This document shows, piece by piece, positions 51,801-64,000 of a stretch of 64,000 bases of DNA. The notes beneath the pieces were generated by a model that saw only the letters and a list, made by a program, of their open reading frames with translations, was not told the DNA's origin and did not search any database. Origin of the DNA: Tubiluchus corallicola (Eukaryota; Animalia; Priapulida); contig JAQGDQ010000256.1 of the NCBI GenBank assembly GCA_030141605.1, positions 186,001 through 250,000 of the forward strand. The letters run 5' to 3'. Numbering within the stretch: position 1 is the stretch's first letter; each line of letters starts with the position of its first letter. The position numbers were made by a program, and so were the translations under genes.

Positions 51801-54491
51801 ATTTTGACAGTTTGACAACTACTTAATCGTCAATGTAAACTAAAAAATAAATGTGGTACAAACCCCTAATTAATGCAGTTGTAAGCACTCTAATCATTTG
51901 ATCTCTGCATTAAGTAGCTGCCACAATAGGCAGATTTTTGTGCCAGTTTATGTCCAGTGCAATAGATAGCAGCAACTCTGCCAACTTGCATGCAAATTTT
52001 CCATAAGTAGTGACTTTCTGCTGTGTTCAGTATGTCATCTTTCTGACATTGCAGTTTCAAATTTCGGTGTATCAGCTGTCATATCAGCTCCCATAAAAAT
52101 ATTTTTCCTGGCCTAGAGGCTATACTGGATATGCTCCTACATTTTATATTAATATAGTTACAATAACAATTATAATTATCATGTATATTTATAAAATTGC
52201 AAACAACAAAACAAGCATTTAATCAAAAATTTCCAAATTTTAAATCCTTATTCTGATGGCGCTATGCAACCAAATTATTTTTTGATTTTTTGTTTGCCAT
52301 TCTGAAATGCCTCGTTCACAGTATGTGTCACAAGCTTTTGTGGTTGTTTTGTTCTTAATAAGAACCCTCTCCTACATTAAAATCCTAAGATATAAATATC
52401 CCTCAAAGGTATTAATATAGGAAACCTCTAGTGAATAAAAATCCGACTAATGCATTTTTTGAAACTGTCACTCATTTGTGGTCTTAAAACTTCTGATATG
52501 AAATTCCACAATTTATTCCTTAAAATTATTTTTAATTTGTTGTCTTTTTGGTTTAATGCACAACACATTCTAGATGTCTGGTAAATGCTATTTAAGAATC
52601 AAAACAAGCTATAACCTTCAAATACTAATAGACTTACCACCTTGTAGATGGCTATGTAGCACTACATTCACTGTGCTATCTACAGGACAATGAATTAAAC
52701 AAAATGTGCCATGTCCTAAGCACTTTACGTCATCAAACAGGCAAAAAGTAAGATGCTTGCATCACAGTGATGCCAATATCCTTTGAATCAACAAAAAACA
52801 TTTACTGCTTTATGAAAACATTACATTAAATTTTACAATTCAAAGTTTCAAAGCAAAAACTAAACTTGCTTCCTTGTTTATTTCTGTTTTCCTGTGATTC
52901 TGAATCAACCTAATTACATCTACGTTTACAAAAAACCCACCATGAGGTTACTCCTGAAATAAACCACCTTTGTGCACACAATATTATAGTAAAACCATAG
53001 CACAAATGGTGCTGCTGCAGTGAAGTTTGAAGCATGTGTAACTGTTAAGGTTTTCAACACGCCTATTAGTTTTTGTTTCTAGCATTAAAATTTTTGGCGA
53101 TTAAAAAATAGTTGATTTTCGTGGTAGTAAAATTGTCTGCTGCTCTCAGTAGTCAGTGCTTATAGTTGCAAACAATAAAAGATTTTGACTCCAAATCAAA
53201 GTATATTTTTCAAGTAATGTGTAGTTTGAATATTTGTGTTACAAAAGAACACACTAATAAGAGCTTTAATTCTAGGCAGCGGGTTGTTACACATGATATA
53301 ATACACAGATCTGCAGTACATGCTAAACCCACCTACTGGCTCAGTCTCACAAGCTCTTGCTCGCTGAAAGTACCTGCAATATAAACTCAATAGACAAACC
53401 AGAAAAAAAAAGTGAAGATTGTATGCACATTTAGCAGCAATTTGCTAATTATTCCGCAAAATGCATCACAATTATATACTTATCAGAACACAGGAAATTG
53501 TTAAAAACATTTAATTATTTCACTTAAGAATATTTGCATTTTACCAGCATTTTATGTAAAAGATTAAATATTGTTACCCTTTGACCAAAATACTGAGCAT
53601 TAATGAAAAACTGTCAATTGTTGCACAAACTTTTGTGAAATTATAGTTTTTCAATTATACTGCAATAAAATTTGTTCCCAATGCCTTGATACATAAAATT
53701 TATACATTATCAATCTAAAACACTGAAATAAGCAATATTATTTCTTTAAATAACTGTGAAAGTGTTCAGCTCATGTTCTCTCCCATGTGCTTTGATCCAG
53801 CAGCCTGTTTGTCTAAATCTTTCTTGGCTTGGTAAAACTTATAATAAATCTCACTCTTTCTAACCTTTCCAGGCACGTCTGCTTCAAGTACCTCAAGCAT
53901 ATTTCACCATCATAATGTCTCTGGTTTACTGCAAAACAAATTTAGTTGCAGAAATCTTGTATGGATGAAAAAAATAAAAATAATATTAACAATGCACACT
54001 TGACTTTGACTCAGTATATTTCAATACATTTTCCAGGTATGTTTGTGAGTAGCTTTTGGCAGCTCATCAGCTGAGAATATTAAAGGAGGATTGCTCATTG
54101 ATTGGCTGTTGCAAGGTGGGCCCCCGCTTTTTGATTGATGTTTCCCGATGTGTGTATTGCCAAACTGCAACTCATACTCACAGTATGTTTATTAGCACTA
54201 GAGTCCCAGTATACCAGAAAAACGTTTTGTGAGCTTAAATTTGGGCAGCATTTTTAATCACGTTTGGATGCCAATCACAAGTAAAACTACTCTGTACTTC
54301 CAACTTACCAAATGCTGTAAATGCTCTGTTCTCTATTACAAGATTGAAATTGCAATTTTAATTAACATAAGTGATCATAAGGAAATTTAACATATTTTTG
54401 TTTTCAATATTACTTGATAATATACTGCAAAATTATGTTTACTTAGGTTAACATGATTATATCTACTAATTCTGATTTTTTATAGTGTAAG

Positions 54492-55529
54492 ATGCCAGAG
54501 TTGAAAAGACAAGCAGATGGTGACATCACAACGAGCTCCAACAATCTTCCAAAGTGCACGTGGGTGGTTTTGGCAACAACTTTGCCAATATCATTGTATA
54601 TGTTGTTTCAAGTGACACTACCAGTCATATTTGGCTTGATAAAATTTGACTTTGGCACATCAGAGATGGTTGATGAAATGTATCATACGTTTGAAGACTT
54701 TCAGAATTTGGTTCATGACTGCCCTCCTATTCTGAAATCGATGGAAAGAGCTAAATTGGAAGCTTCTCGCAGCCAGGACATAATTTTGAACATTGCTTCT
54801 CCCAGTGCTGAAAAATTTCAAGTACTCTTTTCTAAAGGTCATCCATTTATTGTGAAAGAAGTTATTGAAAGTTGGCCTGCCTTTGAGTTGTTTGATTGCA
54901 AGTATTTGATACGACATTATCCAAAAGCTCAACTGTTAGACTGGCAAGTTGGACGGCGTAAGATGCTTGCTGTCATAGGTGGAGAAACATATCAACCAAT
55001 AGATTGCTCAGGCGGTACCATTGAACATAATGCAGTCGGTAATAAAAACATACTTCAGGAATGGTTGGACTACATGGAGCCACCAAAGTTTGCTGGTGTG
55101 AAGACTTGGGAAATAGAAAAGGCAAAAATACGAATCAATGCCCACGGTACAGGAGAACCATTACATGTCATTGACCAGTGTGGAGCCATTCTTGTGGCAC
55201 AGTTGGCAGGGGTAATTCACATGTCAGTTTCCATGCCATGGAAGACAAAGAGCGGGTCACTAGATTGGACAGATCCAATTTTATTTAACCTGTATCCTGG
55301 ACAAATGCTTATCATTCCTGGAACGACAATGATTCACAGAGAAGTCATGTCACAGGACTGTGCCGTCGCTTTAGAGTACAAGCTCAGCACCGGTCTTCCA
55401 GAAAAAACGCGACAAACATTCAAGGCTTTTCCAGAGAAAGAAAGAACATCTTTTTTTGCTCGCAGCAAAGTACAGAAGTGGGATTTTATAACAAAATGCA
55501 AACTTACCTCGAAAGCAAAACGAACATGA
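54492..55529 (+). CDS. Divergent JmjC/cupin-like protein with N-terminal transmembrane anchor, 345 aa
   Basis: Long clean ORF with a hydrophobic segment at about aa 23-51. Motifs PFIVKEVIESWPAF..F..KYL, EPLHVID...LVAQLAG and LYPGQMLIIPG...H resemble cupin_8/JmjC hydroxylases. Splice acceptor 6 nt before the ATG. Confidence 0.75.
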   Translation: MPELKRQADGDITTSSNNLPKCTWVVLATTLPISLYMLFQVTLPVIFGLIKFDFGTSEMVDEMYHTFEDFQNLVHDCPPILKSMERAKLEASRSQDIILNIASPSAEKFQVLFSKGHPFIVKEVIESWPAFELFDCKYLIRHYPKAQLLDWQVGRRKMLAVIGGETYQPIDCSGGTIEHNAVGNKNILQEWLDYMEPPKFAGVKTWEIEKAKIRINAHGTGEPLHVIDQCGAILVAQLAGVIHMSVSMPWKTKSGSLDWTDPILFNLYPGQMLIIPGTTMIHREVMSQDCAVALEYKLSTGLPEKTRQTFKAFPEKERTSFFARSKVQKWDFITKCKLTSKAKRT

Positions 55530-55822
55530 CTATTCTAGTGTGGTACTAAATGAACAGTCATGCTCAACAGCTAAGTGATTTTTGCAATTCTTTCTTGTGT
55601 TTGTGATCAATGTGATTCTAGTCAGTCAATTATGTAGCAGTGGTTTGCCTTGCTATAGCATTTTGATAAGTGCAGCAGATGAATACTGATTTGAATTGAT
55701 TTCTACTGATACTTTTATGAAGTAGATTATGTCTTTTTTTCAAGTGACACTTTATTATGTTACAATTAAGTAATGACAATTAAGTGACTTCTTCATTATA
55801 TAGTGTTTCATTTAACGTACTA

Positions 55823-56572
55823 CAGTAGGTGCCATTTATTAAAGTCACGGTTAATAGACTCACTCACTTAATTGACTCAAAAACACATGGAACGAGCTAC
55901 TTCTATTCAAATGTCTACAAAAACTGCCGCATAATTGACTCAATATTTTACTATTTTACTGCTTTTATGTCTTCTTTACATCAATTTTGTGCGCTATAAT
56001 ATACGTGCAAACAATCATGCTAAATACAGCTTTGTTTGTAAGCAGGAACTTTGCATTTATTATATGCGCTAAAATGTTTTGCTTTGAATCTCTCACTCGC
56101 TCACTCGCTGCAATTAACATTGTTGCTTCTGGAAGCTAAACATTTAATCACTTGCCCAGCGGTTTGCATTTTGAAGCTCCTACTGCTTTTTACAGGGGAA
56201 AAGGTGTTTTGCGTGAATATGTATAGTATACAGGAACAGATTTTCAGTGTTTTTATCAGTATGAGAATTTAATAAACCGACTTCTTCATGAAGAAATGAA
56301 GCAACCGACCTTGCATGAATTTTTGTAATTTTTAATGGTAATAATCAGATTTTTACAATGTTTTTTCTCTTTTTTTTAATTCACTTATATAAGTTATGCT
56401 TCTTGCACACAGGTGTTTTTGACATTAATTCATTGACATAAGATTCATTTAAAGCCTTTGCAATGCATACTAAGATGATGAGTGATGACTCATACTTGTA
56501 TAGTAGTACTATACTAAACCCTTCTGCTAACTGACTCCGTCCCAAAGTGAATTTATTAAGTGGCGACTACTG
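55823..56572 (+). mobile_element. Tigger/pogo-like non-autonomous element, full-length copy
   Basis: TA|CAGTAGGTGCCATTTATT...ATTAAGTGGCGACTACTG|TA TIRs with TA TSD; second copy at 46938. Confidence 0.85.
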
Positions 56573-58454
56573 TACTAAGAGCCTACTCAACATAATCTGC
56601 TATAGCAGAACCAGAACCATCTCATTATCAAAATTAACAGTTGTTGTTCATTTTGTTTATCATTGCCTTTTAGCAAATTTTCATGCATTCATCATAGCAG
56701 AGCATTGACACTAAGGTGTAATTGTTTCCCAGGTACGTAAGTTATTTTGCTGTAGCTTTTTGGAGGCAGAAATAGTTGCATCATTTTTTGTACCTGCTTT
56801 TGCATTTTAGACTGTTACCAATTACACCTACAAAACTTGGAAAATTAAGCACAAGAAATCTTTCTTAACTATTTATACTTTCGTTTAAATGTGTAATTTT
56901 TTATCTAGTATGCCTTTTAGGCTTAATGAGGTCTCTGCAACTCTGTTTGATGATAATATATGGCAGTAAAATGCACTATGTAATACAAAACTATAATTCA
57001 GATTATACAGATGTTATAATTATGTGTTTTTGCCATTATTGGTTAAAGTTCGGAAATTCATAAGAAACTACGAAGGCAAGTGCTCTCACGTGCCTTCCTT
57101 TGAGTTTAGTTTGATATTGCAAGGCTATAGTCCATAACTCACTTTAACAGCTGCACTTCAAGTGTAGGAAAACTTACAGTATATAGCCTCTGGTGGCTTC
57201 AAAACTTGTAGTGCCACAAGAGAATGAAGACTGAAGCCCAGCAATGGTGGGCACTGGGAGATGTTAAAAAATTCAATTTCCTAGCATTAGCACTACATGA
57301 TATAAAGATGTGGCTCTGTATTTTACGAACAGTTTTTACTAGTAAATTTCTAGAAAAAATTTGCAAACTGCCTCATTTTTTTAAATGAATTTTTCAACAT
57401 TAGTAGTGTTAGGATTTAATTTTGTTTTTATTATGTGCAATATACTCGTAAGTATGGCAAAGAAGCATAATAATCATAGGCTGATAGTTAAAATTTACCA
57501 GTTAATTGTGACTTCCAAATTTTAGATTATTTATGCATATTGGGTAACAGGTAAAACCAGCGACTAATCTTCTACCGAAATACATGTTATATCATTTGGC
57601 AGCAGATTTGAAATTTGTTGTTTTATAATTGTGGCAGGATGTGTTACGATTTCACAATAATTTATGAGTGTCGAGATATAAGTCTATTAATTTAATACAT
57701 TTGATCAAATTTTATATATAAATGTTTTTGTATATAGTAGTACATACAGTAGTACTTACATGTAGTAAGTCATGTATGTCTATGACATTTCTGTCTCATT
57801 AAACAAAGAATAATGCAGGTTATTTGTTGTAATTTGTGATTATTTTAAATTTTTTCACTCTTATTTATAAGTAACTTTCATGTATGTAGGAGTCCTATTT
57901 TTTAAATTATTCTTAGGATGTTAACATGGTTGTCAGATTAATGTCAGTCTATGACCTGTAGTGCTGGGCCTGGAGTTTACTTATATGTAGTGATAGTGTT
58001 TGTGCACTGGTTAAACTATGGCAATTATCTTCAAATATCAATCCAGCCTATTATATTTCATTAAGAAGAAATCCTCATTGAGTTAGGCAGACCACTTGAA
58101 TGCAAATTTAATATTATGATAAGTGAATTTATCTTTAGTTTCGGTTATTTCTGTTAATTTGGAAAAACTCCCCAACTCTTGAATTGGAAATGCAAATTTT
58201 GAATTTGTGAGTTAGTTCACTTCAGTCAATCAATATGCAGCAGAAAAATGGCATTTGTTCAGATTTTTGTTGCTAATTAATTAAAAAGCAAAAAATAGCA
58301 CTATATACAATCACAAATAACTAGTGTTATTAAGATGTTTATGTAATTTAAGTGTTGCAAGACAGGACATCTGTTGCAATGTTCAAAATATCCAACTTAT
58401 TTAAACTGATCTTGCACTATATCTTGATAAACTATGCATGGATTGTGCCAAGTC

Positions 58455-58535
58455 TGAAAGGTAGTGGTTGCACAGCTGCCTAGAAAGCAAAAAGTGTGGG
58501 TTCGAGCCTCAGTGGAGATACAAACATTTTTCAGG
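58455..58535 (+). mobile_element. tRNA-derived SINE head or decayed tRNA-like sequence
   Basis: GTAGTGGTT (A-box-like) and GGGTTCGAGCC (B-box) at tRNA-like spacing, but no intact cloverleaf. Confidence 0.4.
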
Positions 58536-60020
58536 CTTTCTAATTTAGGTATTAGGCTTTTATAAGCAAACATAAGGATTTATAAGCAAAAACATGGAAA
58601 TGCAAATGTAAGATTTTGCACTTATTAATTTATTACTGATAACCTAAAAACAAACATTACTTGGCCTTATTTTTTGGTTTAAAAACTAGCTGTTTTCTAG
58701 GGCAATGGCTTATACGTGATTCGGTTTTTCAGTTTTTTGCATTCTCCCGCGTATTCTGTTGTTTTTTTGCCCCTTACCTTCAAGGTTTGATTATAAATTG
58801 ATCAGCATGTGCATACCCTCAAAATACTTTTACTAATAAGTTATATTAAATTATTTAATACCTACAGTATTATTTGATATGCGTAATTATGTGCTGAAAA
58901 TGTCGTTCAATAAATTTATACATGTTGCATTATAAGTTTGATATGTTTGAAGTAGAGCTTTACTTTATGTATATGCTTTGTGAAACATTTTCATCACATT
59001 CGTTATCTAATTAATGTATGTGACTAGGACTGTTATAGAAAGGTTCGTAATGGCACTATTTTTAGACCCTGAGGTAGCATGACATTTCTATAAAATAACT
59101 AAAAACTTGGTACACATACAGTTAAACTCCAACGCACATTTGACGAAATTAATATTTTTTTGTTACATTACCAAAACTTCTTGGTAATAAATAATTTAAA
59201 TTATTACAGTGTTATCCCAACGTAATTTTCCCAACAAGTAAAATGTATGCAGTATTACAATATACAATAACTAGTCACCAACTTACACATAATTTTTGTC
59301 AGTGAAATCAAACATTGAGAAAACAAGCACAACAAAATATTCCAGCATCAATTTTTTTGTAGAATATAGTTTTAGCACACTGCAAACACTGCTGTGCGCA
59401 CCAAGTCCAGTGAAATAATTTTGCTGACGTCTGAAATATTTCTGAAGCATCAATGGAACGTTATACAACTAAAAGTGGCTAAAAGTGTCCGGCAATGCTG
59501 ATACACATCCCATACATCAGTTTATGCCCCAGTATCAAAATGACATGACTCAGATTACTCTATAATAGTTATTAGATATACAATAATACTTAGACAGGTC
59601 AGGGTTTTTTATTAGTCCTGTTATACACGATAACAATTTAATAGATCATAATTTCTTATAAATCACTTTATATTGATTCTTGTATATAGTTCCGTATCTT
59701 AGCTATTTATGTCAAAACAATACAGTGTTGGAGGTTTACAATAATATGCTGATGTAACAATTTAAAAATATAATACAGAAACAGAAAAAAATAAAATAGT
59801 TTTGCAGTTACTGTTATATTTTCCTAACAACAATTAAAAAGTACACAACAACCTGCTTTGGAAAATAAAATCTAAAAATACTAATAAAAAATATAAGTAT
59901 TTATGTCTTTGGTTATTTCATATTAGCAACACAACAGTTTTAAGATTTTACTTAAAATTAATTTCTTTGGCTTTTTATAGTACATTTTTGCCACATAATG
60001 TGATAAAAGAGACTCAGGAG

Positions 60021-60191
60021 TAGGGGTAAGCATTCTCTATCAGAAAGCGAATTCGAATAACGATTTTTGACTTTCGAACTGAAATCAAACCGAATTTCAA
60101 GATTTTGAATCGGAATAGAATTCAGTTTTAAAGATCATTTGAGAATGGAATTCGAATCCTTCAAATCATCGAATATTCGATGCTCACCCCA
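60021..60191. mobile_element. hAT-like MITE (TTCGAA-rich family), copy 2, inverted relative to copy 1
   Basis: TAGGGGTAAGCATTCTCTATCAGAAAGCGAATTCG matches the reverse complement of the right end of 22589-22799; ends GATGCTCACCCCA. Confidence 0.78.
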
Positions 60192-62262
60192 GGAGTTCTT
60201 TGTATATAATTGCATTAGGTAAACCACAATTGTCAAATATAAATAAACACTATTAATTTACCACAGGTTTATAGCAGAATTTTAGAGAACACAGTTATAA
60301 TTAATTTTTACAAAGTTATTCAAATCGTATAACAGTACTATTATACCTTAACAGTCACAGAACTTCATCACCTACACCTGAATGTAGCAGTTGGCTGCTA
60401 CGCCAAACACTTGACTATATAATCAATTTATTTTAGGGACCAAAAAATTGCCATAAGTTACCTAAAATATGTATGAGTTAGCCAATAATGGATTTAAGAA
60501 TTAATACAAGTCGAACCAAATCAGAAATAACTAAATTTGTCCTTAAGCATATTTCACTGTGCAAATCCATAAATGCAGGATAGGCTTAGTAAAAATATCT
60601 GTAACTCTGTTAACCACTTACAATTTGGCATTCACTAGTACCTAGACATGCAAACAACATCAATGTAGTAGGCTGTAATACTGAACTTGCAAAATAATTT
60701 AACGTTACGACTTAAAAAGCTGTACAGAAAAACTAATATGGTTAATACACATTTGACGTATTTAGCCAGTTTATATCAATTTAACCAACACAGCATACAC
60801 GCATCTAAAAAACAATTTCACATCCTACATAATATAAATTTAAAACACTGAAATACTCCAGGAACATTTAAATAACATTCTTTGTTGATTCTTTGGCTTT
60901 CTTTGAGGGAGTACACAGAATATATTCTAAAAATTATTAAAATATCTGATTGGAACCCAATTTACTAACATTCTTGAGAAATTCTTTGCTCTTCATGTTG
61001 TATAACATTGATCAGATAAAACACAAAGAAAATGAAATGCAAAATTGTACTGAGGAGAAATACAGCAAAAGATAATTCTGTTTTAAAATATTTGACATTG
61101 TTTCAATGTCATTTTACCCACATAGGTTGCTAAGATTGTAGCTTTTGGTACATCAAAAAGCTCTTAAATAAAGTATTTAATTTAATAAGACTGAAAACAC
61201 TTTGCACTCTCAACAGGAAGCAAGTCCAAGTTGGTGTCATTACAAACCACAAGTGCTCCATAATATGCTAGGTCAAATCGCATTTCGATCTGGGCCCGAC
61301 TTGCAGGGGTAAAAAGCATGATGCAATTCATCTTTTCTTTCATCTTTTTCACCGAATGGTTCCGATCTTATTTGTATATGAAGAGAATTGTAACAAAAGA
61401 ATGTTAGTGAATTTTCATCCTCATGCTTGCAGACTAGTAATTTAATGTATATACGTATATCATGACTATTCCAATGACAAGTCCATTGATTGCTTTTAAT
61501 ATATTGCACAATGCTAATAAAATCATTATGACAAGCAAGCACCGACAAAAAGTTATTACAACATCTGGCATCACAAATGCCACCTAAAAGCAGAAAATCA
61601 TAATTCATACATATTATCACAGAAATACACAAAACAAATAATGCAATGCATCCACTCAGAAGAGGTGCCAGAAGCCCACTAAATAAAATATTTTCCTTAT
61701 AAGTTAACAGAATTTTAATTTGCAGAAAAAAATGCACCATTGTGCATAAAAGTCATCTTCCTACAAACAACAACGACATATAGTTTGCATTAACATCACC
61801 ATAGTGCTATTATATCAGAAACCGTAATAAAAGTTTGGACACATGTCAAACTAAAAGCCTATATATCTCAGATAAATTCCCGTTTACAAGCCAATGCATC
61901 ATTTTCCAGGTAAAAGATCATCAGTGTAAATACCTAGATTACTGTAGCTGTGCATGTACATAAAATTTAAGCAGAGGCACCAAAATAACTGCTATCAATA
62001 GCAAAGTGCTAAAAAAGACATTACACCAGTGTAGCCCAAACATGAAAATGCAAAATATCATAATACTGTTATATAAAACCTTCACCGTGACACAGTTATA
62101 TCTGAAATGAAGTTGTAATACTAGCAGGCCTCTACTGCAAGGCAGCTGTATTGACAATAATTAAGCTACCTTTACAACAAGAGTTATTGCCCACACAATG
62201 TCAGTACTATATCACAGCACATGCAATCTTTACTTCAACTACAAGGAAAGTGAAGACAGATT

Positions 62263-63206
62263 TTAATCAATAAATTCTTCTGTTCCATAATACATTAGCC
62301 TTGCCATCTGCCCAAATGTCGTATCCAATTTTTTTATATTCTCTGGGTTGTGTTCTTTAATTGGATCATTCTTTGTCAAGTAGCTTCTGTGTTGGTAGAG
62401 TAGATGAACAGCATGCCACTGATGCCATTTGACTTTATTTTGAAATATTTGGTAAATTAGTGGCACAGACACGCCAAATACACTGTCAGGCACACAATGA
62501 GCTATATTGGGGTCCTTCCACAATATCGCCTTAGTTGGAAGCTCTCCTGCATTATAATACCATTGGGAATCATCAAACTGATGATATGTGTCATAATACT
62601 TCAGCAAAAATGGTGCATTACGTGTGCCAATCAAAATCTGATTTCCGATATACGCATCTTTTGATGGCCAGCCCACAGTAAAGGTATAGTTTCTGAATTC
62701 GTTGAAAGATTTTATCACGTACACATCGTTGTCAAGATAAATACCTCCTTGCTCCATGAGAATTTGTAACCTAGCTACATCTGATGCATGCTGAACTACC
62801 TTTATTGAGCGACCAAATATCTGTGTTGGTCTTTTCTGAAACACAATCTCAATAACATTGTCACTTCTATTACTCACTAGATGCTCCCAGAATTCCCCTG
62901 ATGGACGTTCATCACAGTGAATATAAAGTTTTTTTGGTCTAAGGTTTTGCAATGCAGCCTTTATACACAGCATTTCCACGAATGTTACAAGAGGTTGTCC
63001 AAATCTAACAAAATGTACTACGTTTGGCACAAGATAATCCAGTTCCTGGTAATCAGTGAACACTGGACCCACTGATTTGTCTCCAGTGTTTCCCAATGGT
63101 ATTATAGCTACAAAATCACCTGCCCAGTAATAGTAACCCATAGCCATACATAACGTCAGTGTTACTCCAACAATTATGAGAAAAATTGACTTATATCCAC
63201 CAAACC
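62263..63206 (-). CDS. DxD glycosyltransferase, GT32 / alpha-1,4-glycosyltransferase-like, type II membrane; main coding exon
   Basis: VPNVVHF and HASDVARLQILMEQGGIYLDNDVYVIKSF (DxD); N-terminal TM. Acceptor TTTTTGCAG at 63207, so the true start probably lies in an upstream exon (63631-63637 or 63290-63329). Confidence 0.9.
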
Positions 63207-64000
63207 CTGCAAAAAATGTAATACACAAAATCAACAAAAAACATTATATATTGTTTGGAAAAAAATTGTAACCCATTACTACAGCCCACTTAGTGTGACT
63301 CTGCAACTGTTTGCCATTTTTAGCTTCATACAAAATCAAAAGTCCCACTTCTCTACAGTACAAAACAAAAACTTGATGAAAATACATATATCAGATTCTG
63401 TAATAGTCAAAATTAACTTAAACATATTTGAAAAATGAAAATGTATTTGAGCAATGATTCTTATCTAAAGTTAAATGGTATGTTGAACATCACAAAATCT
63501 TTTTTTCCTATAAGTACTCTAGAATAAAGCCTATTTTAGCAATTCTGTGCCCAAATAATATTTGGCAAATATTGAACAACAATTAGCACATAACAATTAG
63601 CAAGTAGGAAAAAAATAGCTAAGTACTTACCAGTCATGTTTGAACATTGGTCCACCTTTATCAAGTTTATTAGACTTCAAGAAGTTTGATCAAATCACCC
63701 ACATCTGGCTGTTGTGAAGACTGGAGAAGAACCACAATACCACAGTACATTTATCTATTTTTATTACCTTAAAATAAAATGGTACTAATTTAACAAAGAC
63801 ATTTAACGAAGTAACTAATTTACACCAATGGAGAGTGTAAAAAGCTAACTACACCTCTTTTATACACTATATATGTGCTATAAACAGATTTGAAAGCTGC
63901 TAAAACTGTGACAATGAACCACAAATAAAACTCCACTAAGTGAAGCTCTGGGATATGCAGGCAGAACTAGACAAAAGATGAGGTTGAACAAAAAAATAAA

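Noticed and set aside
63207-63237. ORF-track N-terminus (MLILCITFFA) of the glycosyltransferase
   Set aside because: A TTG start lying in the polypyrimidine tract and acceptor, so likely intronic.

Overview
AT-rich, microsatellite- and transposon-rich genomic DNA from an invertebrate animal; the taxon cannot be determined from the sequence. Recognisable genes: (1) a small, spliced, about 41-45% Arg, RS-rich protamine-like gene on + (12134-12871 or 13017) that the ORF track misses; (2) a complete 9-exon Cys-loop anion-channel-family subunit on - (30202->15335, 438 aa by manual assembly) with GluCl-like loop G/D arginines but an atypical pore motif; (3) an intronless class A GPCR lacking the DRY arginine; (4) PPIL2/Cyp60 with an intronless CDS; (5) a divergent JmjC/cupin-like protein with an N-terminal membrane anchor; (6) a GT32-type DxD glycosyltransferase. 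The rest is LINE remnants (L2, CR1, a Zn-finger 3' fragment), hAT, Tigger and Harbinger MITEs (one triple-nested set), a 30-bp minisatellite apparently expanded from a transposon terminus, and many simple repeats. All calls come from manual translation and motif recognition; no database searches were run.
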